A stretch of DNA of 64,000 nt from Phoronis australis. Lineage: Eukaryota; Animalia; Phoronida. Positions 1-11,700 of the stretch are shown piece after piece (the first letter of the stretch is position 1; the number at the start of each line of letters is the position of its first letter). Below the pieces are notes generated by a model. The model saw only the letters and a program-made list of their open reading frames with translations, made no database searches and had not been told where the DNA came from. The stretch is from positions 622,498 through 686,497 of the forward strand of contig NMRA01000160.1 in NCBI GenBank assembly GCA_002633005.1. The letters are read 5' to 3'. A program made the translations under genes and the position numbers.

Positions 1-1300
1 ATTGTCACTAGGGGGCACAGTGTTCATCAGATCGGTCTGAAAGTCGTCATCTTCCGTTGTTAACTTCATATAAATGCACGTGCTAAATTTAAGATTCTGC
101 TTAGGAGATACAGGTATGGGCGCAAAAAAAAACAGTGGTGAATTTTGGGGGGGCAAGGGGGCCATGGCCCAGATACCATTTGGTAGTTCGGGGTGGCAAT
201 TGCTGACTGGCATATGCGTGCAACCAGGGGGCTCGGGAGGCGAATGCATAGGCCTTGAACAAATCTCGGTACCGCTTTTTTAGTAATAAGGTCCACAAAC
301 CCAAAAATGCGAGGCCTCTGCACCCCTACATTTTAGGGTGGGCGCGCGCATATGGCGAAACTGGTTATTCCTGTGCCCTGGCCCCCCTAACTAAAAATCA
401 TGGATCCGCCCCTGAAAACTGCCACTGAGAGGCGCCACAGTAGTCAAAGTCGTCGGAAAATCATCGCCAATCGTCTTTTTCATAGTAAGAACATAGATTA
501 CGAGCCAATTTCCACAATCATCCTTAGAGTGGTTTGGTTGACGGAGGGACGGATGCCAAAAATAGACTCGATAACAACAAAAATGGCCGCTAGGTGGCGC
601 AAAATACCTTAAATCAATCTGAAAATGAATGGTTAGCATCACCTCACTAATAGATATCTGCCAAATTTTTTGGAAATCCATTTAAGACTTTTGAAGATTC
701 AGCGGTAAACGTAAAAAGCTAAAATTGCCAGTAGGGACACACCGGTAGTCCCATCTGTCCGAAAGTCTTCGTCATCCGTTGTCAACTTCATATAAATACA
801 TTTGCTAAACTTAATGATCCTATAGAGTGTTTAGGAGATACAGCCATGGGTGCAAAAACAAACAAAACTACCACCAGGAGGCGCCACAATAGTCAAAGTG
901 GTCTGAAAATCATCGTCCTCTTCATAGTAAGAACATAGTACATGGAAATTTTCGCAATCCTTCTTAGAGACGCGCAAGTAGAAGGCACAAAATGCCTCAG
1001 ATCCACCCGAAAAAGGGAAGATAACGTCACCTCATTAATAGATGCCTATGAGCCAAATTTATGAAAATTGGTTGAGGACCTTCGAAGATACAGAAGCAAA
1101 CAAAAAACTAAAATTGCCACTAGGGGGCAAAGCAGTATTCAAGTCAGTCCGAAACTCGTCGCCCTCTATCTTCAACCCCATAGGAACACACCTGCCAAAA
1201 TTTCAGTAAGATCCTGCAAGGGGCTTAGGAGATACAGCTGCAGACGCCCAGACAGAGATGACGGCAATATGCACCCACATAAAATATGTGGGTGCATAAA
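1..1300 (+). mobile_element. HINE/Helentron-like non-autonomous element with degenerate internal tandem array
   Basis: Recurring units aaaattgccactagggggc...gtctgaaa.tc.tcgtc...ttaggagatacag, followed by a short cagac tract and a terminal hairpin tatgcacccacata-aaa-tatgtgggtgcata (1268-1298). Confidence 0.55.
133..414. mobile_element. MITE (CAGTGG...GGATCCGCCCCTG type) nested in the tandem array
   Basis: GC-rich insert with cagtgg/cccctg ends; it interrupts a unit that is uninterrupted near 841-890. Confidence 0.5.
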
Positions 1301-2617
1301 AAGCAGAGGAATGATTAAGAAATACATGGCTACAGATCAATGGACCCACTGGGCCTCAAATCTGTCAGTCAATTTAGAGCACCTATGGATCACGTTAATA
1401 TTTTCTGTCCCTTTTCCAATCGAATTTTGGGGGGCAGCATTTTAATACGGGCAAATTCGTGTGTTACCTTAATATGTTAAATAATTAGTGATCTGCCTAA
1501 ACAGCTAATGTCGTTTCAATTTAACCAAACACATAAATCCATACACACCGCGCTAGTTAACATATCGTTAACACTCGTTTTGGTCACCGACATAAACTGT
1601 GATCAACTGCTCAACGTTGTTGTTATTCAAGACAAAATCAAACTGGCCTAGTTGTGATAAAAATTTTAGTGCACCCGCAGTGCACAACTGAGCAAGCACA
1701 ATGCATCAATGAAAAGTTTTACGAGCAAATGACATGGGCTACTCTAAATCCGCCACTATATTTTACATTGAATTTCAGAGATAAAATTGTAACCAGGGAT
1801 GAAACAGGAAAATTAAAACATTAACAGTTCAAGAGCGAAATTCTTATACAGTATTACCAAAATATCGACTTCTGCTAAAATAACACCATTTTTAGGTAAC
1901 TGCCAAATGTCACTATTGACCTATCGCCAGGATTTTGAGTGACGGCTGAACTGACCAACGTAGCATTCTTAGGTGGTAATGGTCGCCGGTGGCTGACCGA
2001 AAGTAAGCCAATTTTCTCAGCTATATACAAAAAACTTCACTCTTAAATTGTGAATCCAACAAACTTATTTGGTGACCAACAGTTCACGTTAAACAACAAA
2101 TAATAAAAGTGTAACCTAATCCATGGACTTTAAGCATTCTGCTCCAAGTGATCTGGGATCTGTTATACGAAAAATGACTTGAGACTTAACACAGAAATTT
2201 GATCATGCGCTCTTCAAAACTATTTCATAAAAATAATGAAATGTCACGCGAGTGAAAGTGCAAAGTCTCTGAGAATATGCACAGAAATGTTAGATACCAA
2301 GATAATTTCAATAAATCATTTCCAGACTGCAATGCGCTCACAATTACTTCATTGGGTAAACACCAAATTTCTGTCTTTAGTCTCCATTCACTTTCATGAA
2401 ACAGACTCTTGGACTTTAAGCCACCAATACCTGTGATCGTGAATATGAACAAAACGAGGCCAAGTTTGTTTCATTATCCTCAAGCCATTAGGTTTTGACA
2501 AGTCACTTACAGGAGTCCCAGATTTTGAGAACCAGTTCAACGCTCGTTATTCAGCACAGAAAACTGGCTCACAAAATGTGGACCCAATGCAACTGACTGT
2601 TACCTTTTGATACCTAC

Positions 2618-2737
2618 TTTAGAGATAAAGAGAAGTCTGTTTTGTTGCTTTCGCTCTGCCTCACCAGGTAACTCCCTTCGCAGTGTACGCGCAGGAGTGA
2701 CTCGGCATCCCCGCGGGTAATTGCACCATGATACCAG
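2618..2737 (-). CDS. SHB: SHB-family adapter, coding exon 7: N-terminal half of the SH2 domain ([40 protein letters not shown])
   Basis: atttcag|C ... CTAAA|gtaggt; 120 nt, phase 2 to 2; WYHG and YLVR (FLVRES-type) signatures. Confidence 0.95.
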
Positions 2738-5700
2738 CTGAAATGGACAGTGACACTTAGAGGAGCACACAAACACAAGCAAAACCCCTCGTGGAACCTT
2801 CACACGGGTAAGGCAGCACAAATGGATACACGGCCATTACCACGTGGACGGAGGCCCCAGGGGTGATAGAATTTCCCTGGGAGTGGGGCATAAGGGGGCT
2901 ATGACTCATCAGCTTACTGCAAAAAGTCTTGAGCCACTGTTGAATACTTCTGGTAATGCCACTGCTAATGGCACACGCTCATTCCAAACCCTATCTGAAT
3001 ATCTCTCGGTTAGTTTCAAATTCCACTCATAATACTGTATATAACTGTGATGTCGCAGACTTACTAACAGACAGAAAGACTAACAACTGCAAAATATAAC
3101 ATCCTTCAGTTGGCAGATGTTATAACGATAATACGGTACTAATGACAACAGTAATACAAATATTTTGTGCATCATTTACAACACTCACCGCTACTAGTAT
3201 TCCTTTAACATTACGTACAAGAAATCAAATACACCTGTGTCTCTAGACAGTCAGCTGTTTTTTTATTTGAATACAACAGCTATATAGAGTATGTAGGATT
3301 GGTTTATACAGCTTTACAAGCACTGCCAGCATTATTTATACCTCTGTTCTGATAAGGGAATGCCAGGGTCTACCCTTTCGCCAACGGCGTTCTGAGCTTG
3401 ACAACCCAGCTTAAAAGGGGTCGGTCTTTCCTTCCGGCGGCTACTGTCCTGCCGACCGCTGTGCGTGGGGGAGCTGGTTGACCACGACAAGTGACTCGCA
3501 CTACTTTCTGGACGAGACCTCGCCGTGACTGACTCATGTGTCATATCAAATGAGCCTGTAAAATATTTGAATTGATCAAGATAAATACGGGAAAGACAAT
3601 AACCAGTACTAATGCCATCACAAACACGTGATTTTATTTTAGTAAAACAAAACAACAAAAACACATACATTGGAATTAGAGCATATGTTTCAAGAGGTCA
3701 TCCACGAATATTTAGTTATCAATCAAACATCCCTATGGGAGAATGCAATGCTCTATGGGAGAAGTACTATTTGTCAATTGAAGCATGGGTTTTTGAAAGC
3801 TAATTACAGCTAATAAAAAATTACTTGGGCAAATTCTAAGCTGAAATAAAATTACACACAAAATCTTATCTGTTGCACCCACTTTCAACTGAATTCGGCC
3901 AAAATATCTTGTGTGGTTTCCTGTGAGGGCCCTCTATACACTGGAACCACAACAACGCAGTTCCTTTCACACACTCAACGTGAACCTTACAAGTGAAAGA
4001 CCAGTGACCTAAGGGGGGACTCTCACATAACAGGGGTGAGTAGGGTCAAGCCGTCCAATTAGGGCTATTTTGCCTGTAAGAACTTCAATAGATGAGGAAA
4101 ACAGGACGTGCTGCTCATAAGGGTAAAATGTCATGACCAGTTTACCTACGAAAGTTGTCTTTAGTTTTCCTATATAATTTCCTTCATAAGGGTATGTTTT
4201 GGGCTTTAGAAATTCTACAAAAGCTTCCTTTTTAAACTATACATATCTATACTCGGGGATTTTTAATAGTAATTCTAATATTTACAGCAAAAGATGGATG
4301 CATTGTTTACAACATAGCACCTCTCCTTGTACTGTTTCAGGCTTAATAGGTTTAACATTCAGCTGTCAAAGAATCCTTACGAACGGCTTAGCTTTACGGA
4401 ATTACCCCATCAAAAAGTTTTTTGTTTCTGGAACAAAAGCCTACAGAAGGTTGACTTTTAGCACATTACAAATGCCTTTTTCCTCGAGTCCGTTCCCTAA
4501 ACCGATGAATATCCTAATTTTCCAGCAGCGCCTCTCGTCAAACAAACATAGTCACCCCTGGGTATTTTGCCTTCTTGGGAAGGTATTTTGCCATCCCAGG
4601 CAACGTCTTGAAAAGGTAACGTGGCCTTGTATCCCTGGTATCGTCACAGGCAGGCAAATGAAGGAAGTGGGGTGGAGGATGTCATCAAATGGTATTATGT
4701 CGAGCTGCATTTTTCATCATTTCAGAGACTCATTTTTGCCATTCCCTAGATATTATGCGAGTCTAGATTTTAATTCATAGACACCACCCCGGCACAATAT
4801 AAAGAAGAAAACCCCAGAAGAGTCCACAAGTGTATCACTCTTCTGTTTGGTTCGTTTATACTAAATAGAATTTTCAATGAACATGTTTGTCATAAGAGCT
4901 TGACATCACACATTGGGTTGATAGAGTATCACTACACAACACGGATACACTGTCATTTTCTTGACCTTAAGTGTACCCCAACTGAGGACATTTGAAGTTT
5001 CTTGGTCTTCAAGTCTATCCTAACAGAAGACATTTGAAGTTTTTGACCTTCAAGTATAACTTACCTGAAGACATTTGAAGTTTCTTGGCCTTCAAATCCC
5101 ACGGTGCCTCGTACTCTTCTTGAGGTCTGTCATCAGCCTGCGATGACACTTTAGACTGGCGACTAACATCAGGTGACCCCATGCCTGTAGGACCTCTCCG
5201 GGTCACCTCAGATTTCTACAAATAGCCCAATAGTGCATGGTGCTCTGCACTTATATGATACCTATACACGTGCTGTAAGACTGCCTTCATTACTCAGAGT
5301 TGCATTTCTTCAAATATTTTCCTCTTTCATTACCAAGGGTCCTAAAATGCTAAGTATGAAATCACTGCTTTCAAAAAATACTCGGTGAGCAAAGAAACAT
5401 ACAGGTGCATGAAAATAGTAAATGGAGGCAGTCGTCACATGACACACGTTATTTTTTGTCATAAAGTTCCTCATGCATGAAAATCTTTGCCCCAAACTAG
5501 TGAGTGCTGTTAATCCCTTTAATTAGCTATGAAAGTTTATCCGAACTTTTCGTGGACAATCAACAACGAAGACTTTAACATTTTGTGAAATATTCGTAAC
5601 ACAATCATAATAGCTTTCTTTGCTCACCAACTGAAGGATTTTAAGTATACGGCTTAATAACATAAACCTTGACATTTTAAGACAAAATTTGCAGAATATA

Positions 5701-8700
5701 CTTGGTAGTCACTTTTCAGAGTATAAAGCATGTCGATGACAAAGAACATGAAAAACGCTGTAAATTTCAGTTTTAAATTAAATGTTCAAACCATCCTACA
5801 CATGAGTACAACAAAAACACCACTGGAGTAAAGTGTCACAGTCATTCGGTTTTTAAGAGTTGTTACAATATCAGAAACACACAGTGACCAATATTTATCA
5901 ATCCTACACAGTTAAATACCTTTATTTTTAAGGTTATAGGGGACCTTAGAAAAATGTCCACATTTGACAAAATTTGGAATATCATATCTCAGAAATGGCC
6001 TAAATAACCTAAAAATTGGTGCTAAACATATGAGTCTGTATTGATTTTTGTTTTTTCCTAAAAGAGGTTTAGGGGTTCTGCCACTAAAGATGACCACGTA
6101 GCCAGCAACCTACCTGTTGGGCCTCTTTAGGAACCCTAGAACTCCTGTGCCCATCGTCATGTGAGTGAAATACAAAGGACTTGGAGGAAACACCTTCGAC
6201 TTGCGAGTTCCTTACTGGAGGACTCTCCCTGGCCTCTATCCTGCTGCTTTGAGGTATACTCTTAGGTATGGCCATCCCGGGAGGGTTAGGTACGGCCAAC
6301 CCAGGCTGGCTAGGTATAGCCATCCCTGGGGGCTTAGGTATTGCCATTCCGGGGGGTACTACCAAACCCGACTCAGACCGCGGCTGGTTCTGTTTCGACT
6401 TCTGAGCCTGCCGAATCTTGCTCTCCAATTCTTCTTGTTTCTGACCTAAATCCCATGGGTCTTCATAATTCGCCAGCTCTTCCTCAACAGGAGGCGTGTC
6501 GCGCCTCAAGGTGTCATGAAAGTGCGCAGAGAACTCGTTCTGGGTCGGAATAACCAGGTCATCCCCGGTGATCTTATCCTTCGTACTTGACCCATGTATG
6601 TTGACGTAGAGATGTTCCACTGTCTTACTTTGTCGATCCTCCTTAATACCTATGTTAACATAGCCAGGTAATGTTTTCCCTTCATCTTCGCTGCTTTCTG
6701 TGTCCAAGTCCTCTTCAATCACAACAACCTCCCCTTCCACTTTGCTGGGCACCTCAGATTGTGAACTCACTGAAAATGAAAATATAAAACCTTCCTTAAA
6801 TAGATGGAAGAGGACTTAGTTAGCTCCTAAAGTGAGACTTATTACCTGAAGGTATTTTTATCAAATGCTTTAATTACCAGACCACACCCAGATTCCCTAA
6901 CTCTCAAAAATCCTTCAAGCCGTAAACGACAGACCAATACTAATATTCACCAGACTAATCTCAAGTCATCCACATCCTTCCATTTACTATCTCTGCTCCA
7001 CTCTCAGCCCTCCATTACTCTGTGACTACCGTATGGGCTACCTGTTCACTTAAACCATCTGCTCTGCCCCTCCCCCACCTAATGATTGCTGAAGCCCCAA
7101 CTACAGAACCTTGGTCTTTATTAAAGTCTCCATCCCCCCACTCAGCACCCTTCCTGCCCCCACTNNNNNNNNNNNNNNNNNNNNNNNNNNNNNNNNNNNN
7201 NNNNNNNNNNNNNNNNNTAACCCCACTCTGCACCCTTCCTAACCCCACTCTGCACCCTTCCTACCCCCACTCTGCACCCTTCCTAACCCCACTCTGTGAG
7301 ACTTGTGCCTTTAACTACTAACCTTGTTCATTACATACCAAGTTTTTGCCCACTGCTCCACCCTCACTCTGGGACTAGTCAAGTCTCCACTACATGACCT
7401 TAAACTTTACTTACCAGTCTCCACCCTCTGCTCTGCTCACCCCGCCCGGCCCCTCAGTGACTGCTGTAGCCTCGACTACAGACAGAACTTTTAGCTTTAC
7501 TTACCAGCCTCCGCCTCTTGCTCCACCCCCATTCCAACTCCACTTTGTGACTGCTGTAGCCTCAGCTCGAGGGCCTTGGTCTTCCACTCCCACGGGGCAT
7601 CATAGTCGTCCAGGGGCCTGTCGTCAACGGGGGCTGTCAATCTCAGCCTTTCCATGTCAGCGAACTGTTGTTGTATCACATGGCCTTCCCCACCTGCCTC
7701 CACGCTCTCATAAGGCTCATCATATACCTCAAGCACCTCTGACAGGGCAATAGACATTATACGTTAATTTACCATCATAGTATTCCTCAGCATGAGCAGT
7801 GTCTAACGCTTGGGATGCAAAATTTTAAGCCGAAATTATATTTTTCAAAATCTGAACTTTGGGTTCAGACTATTTTTCAATTCAACGTATTTCTGCAATT
7901 TCGCAACTGCTATGTCTTGTTACACCACGTAGCTGCTGTGGTTGAACTAAATGTACAGAGAATAAGCAAAAACATGTTTTAAAGTCCCTCCCCATGCACA
8001 CACTTGTGGAGAAATTCGATTGCAAATGAAGCGGGTTTATAATGAGACCACAAAATTGGTCCCACATTGTTCACTACTCAAAACTAGAAATGGCTTCTGG
8101 GCCTGGGCTGAACTCATCAACAAATCAAAACTCAGCACTGATTTCCATGTGTAACAGATAAACTTTATTTAACATTGATGGCACATTGAGTCACATGCTT
8201 CTCTCTGATCAAGTAATATAGAATTATTATATTACACTGGAATATTACAATTAATATGAACATGTACACAATAAAATAAAAATATCACATAATTAAATCA
8301 AACTCAATTAAATTCAATTAAATCCAATTAAAATTAAAATACATTAAAATTACCATTGGAATTTTACATACTGGGGAGGTGAGATTTAAATTGTTTTTTA
8401 AACAAAACAAGACAGCACTGATTTCCATGTATTGTGCCTACAGTCTCATCACAGTTATGGACAAAGCCTCACTTCAAATAATAAATCAAATAAACGGAAT
8501 AAAATAAAATAGAAGACAAAGTTGCTCAGGCTTGAATTAAAATTAACTTTGTTTTCCCTCACACGAGCGATCGCCGACGTATAATGTGCACAATTTAACT
8601 CATCGGAATCACAATAGCAAAACCAAGGTATTTTTCAAATAAAAATGAACGTGTCCCAACCAAGAAAAGAGAAAACTGAAATAAATCAAAATAAAATCAA

Positions 8701-11700
8701 ATAAATTCTGATCTATTTTGTGCCAAAGGCAGTGTTGAAATAATCATTAGTCTATTTTTCAAACGCTGACTACCTTTGCAGTACACAATGAAAGCTTAAA
8801 CAAATATTGCTTTATGACATCTACACAGTACGAAAATAGTTCAGAATAGAATATGTTTTTTGTACCCTTCATCTTGTTTTTTATCCATCATATTGTGCAG
8901 GTGTTTTATCAGCGAGGAATTACCATATGATCCGGCCTATCGGGGGAAGCAAATAAAGAGTCTTACCATCCTGCTCTTCATCATATGGCTCTGTGTACAA
9001 GTATCTCTCAGTGCTGCTGGGACTGGTTGGAATATCGCCCACCTTTGCATCACAGGGGTCACTATAGTCCTCGGTGACAACAGGCTACAACCCAAATAAT
9101 TGACTGTCACAAAATTTATTAAGCCACAGTTACTTTGCACATAACTCACAGCCACCTCTTGAAATACCTGCACAGCGTTCTCTCTAAGCTTTGAGGTATT
9201 CACCCACAATGTACTCATCACCCCGTTACCATGGAAATCACTATTTACTTCCAGACAGAACAGAAAGTATAACAATAATGAACTGGGCAAATGGAAAACA
9301 AACCATATTGTATATTTCCAAAGCAGTACTCCAAGTCAAAGGGGGTGCATAATTCACTAATCACAGGATTTCGTTGTCTGCCAATTCCAACTGCGGACTA
9401 CAGGGATGAAATCCTGTTAGACATCCGTCAACAGCAACCAATCACATAACGCATTATGGTACGTATACAAGCTCAAGGTGAATGCTTCGATACCAACACT
9501 ACCTACGAATCACAACATCAAAATGATTGTCATTTCTTTTTCATTAACGAACATATCGTTTGACAATGAGAGTGTCACAGGACAAGTGATTGTTTTCGAG
9601 GGCTAGGATGCCTGTAATCGGATTATTTCACGAGGTCAATACTAGTATTGTTCAATAGTATTATAGTAACAAACTGAATTGAAACAGCTTGAGACAGACA
9701 GTCTGGTGTTGTTGTGGTAATTCCGCTCATAACTTTCATGCTACAGGGCTCCCAGGGGTGTCTTTGATTGAAAATGACTGTCATCTTGTAACAGCAAAGG
9801 CAGTATTTCAAAAGAAAATAGTACTGGCAAATAAAATGTATGCCTAACGGGAAATAATGCTGGCTAGCTCAATACGTCCAACAGAATCTAAGTACGCTAA
9901 ATCTCATAAATTTCGGACAAAAATAATTTATCAACTGAAAAAAGAAATTTTTTGATTTTCCACAGGCTTCTAATACCGTACTGAATGTCCGCAGTTTTTT
10001 AAAATAATATCCGGTGGTAGGTATAGTACAAACCTTGAACATATAAAAGCACTACCTTATTGCTATATTATCTTTCAAGGGAAAATCATAAAAAATCACT
10101 GGTCCTTCATAATCTGTCCTCAAAATAATTAAGATTTCACCGTACTATTGCACACTAGAGCCCGAATGCATAAAAGCTGCACCTAGGATAACACCAATGA
10201 TGTCACGTAATCACACGCAGGGCCCTCAATCCCTCGATTTCGGGGCTGAACGTCGGTCCCATTCCACTCTGACAAATAATTGTAAAATCATACGAAATTC
10301 TGCTTCTGAGTCCCGAAAAATTACCCTCAAGTGATTGAAAAATTTTCCTCGAGCTTCGAGGCACTTGTAACTTGCACAGCTGATAATTTGAATCAGCACA
10401 AAAAGTTAGTTTTGGCTCTTTGAGGCAGAGCCTACGAGGGCTTGCAATGGGGGGGGTGCTGTTGATAGTGATTGGGTGATGGAGAGGGGTAGAATTGTCC
10501 CCTCACCCAAAAATTCCCCTCAGAAGGCACAGGCACCTTTCACCTCAGGTGGTCAAGGGCCCTGATACAGCAGGTTGCTTACATTGTACAATACTTTTGA
10601 TGTCTTGCAAAGACCAAGTTCTTCCGGCAAATAATTCTTTTAGTTTTGTACATCTCATCCCAGTACGGCTCATAGCAGTTCCTCCATGTCAGGTTAAAAA
10701 AATCATGATTTTCAAGAAAACAGACAGTTGGCTTCAAACAGTTACGGATTATTTTCACGGAGATCAACAATGCTTTTGAAAAGTACGCTGTTCATGAGTT
10801 GGCCATTAGTATTTAATGTGTATTACAAAAAAACATATGAGTCAATAAAACCTATCATAATGGCACGTTACTACGTGGTCATTTTCGGTCAACCTTTGAG
10901 AAGTCCACTCATGTTTCAACAAGAAAATTTTTAATCGTCAGCTCACTTAAAGTGTACATTTTCTGATCCTCTAATACCGATGAAACAATATCAGTGTAAA
11001 ACAACGTGTCAAGTGTCAAGTTTTGTTTTGAACAAGAATTGAAGTGTCGAAAATCAAAATGCTGAGTAATGGCTCCCTAAAGGTACAGAAAATTTGCCAT
11101 ACAATAGATCACTAAATATTGGCGTTCTCTATAGTAATAACAGCGAAAAAGAGATTTTTGTTTGATACCGACTGAGAGTTGATAAGCAGAAATTCGCTAC
11201 CACATAGTGGTTCATGGATTTAAGAAAGAGGAATAAATCCCTATGTCAATCCCTCCCATTGTTTGATTAAGTTAAGTTTACAAATCTATTTTTAGCATTT
11301 TGACATCAGCTAGGATCGAAATTGTCCAGCTTTATCAGTCACAGCCACCGACTTTACAGCCGCGGATTCTCCTTCATCCATGGATATTGCAAGAGATTTG
11401 TCTTTCTCTATTAGACATTCGTACATAACCCACTGAACATCAGTGAAAAATTGCTGGTATTATGATTGCAGGAAAAGTGTTAAAATGCTGTTCACACTAC
11501 TAGGTTGAAACCTCCCATCCGCATAACATGGGATCTGTAGGTGGCGCTGCATGCCTGTCCACCAAAGATGTGATTGCCAACTGATGGTATAGTGAATTTC
11601 AATACAGCACGGCTATTTCGAAAGTCAATTGAAGCCGAGTGAAGTAGCCTCAAACAATTAGCATATTAGGCTTGAAAATATATTGCATTTAGGTAAAGAA

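Noticed and set aside
1300-2600. Final SH2 exon of the adapter gene
   Set aside because: No phase-2 exon with the expected HMK/HxxI-type continuation was found by eye; it is probably outside the window.
4199-4780. 193-aa plus-strand ORF
   Set aside because: Non-ATG start, no recognisable domain, and antisense within an intron of the adapter gene; probably a chance ORF.
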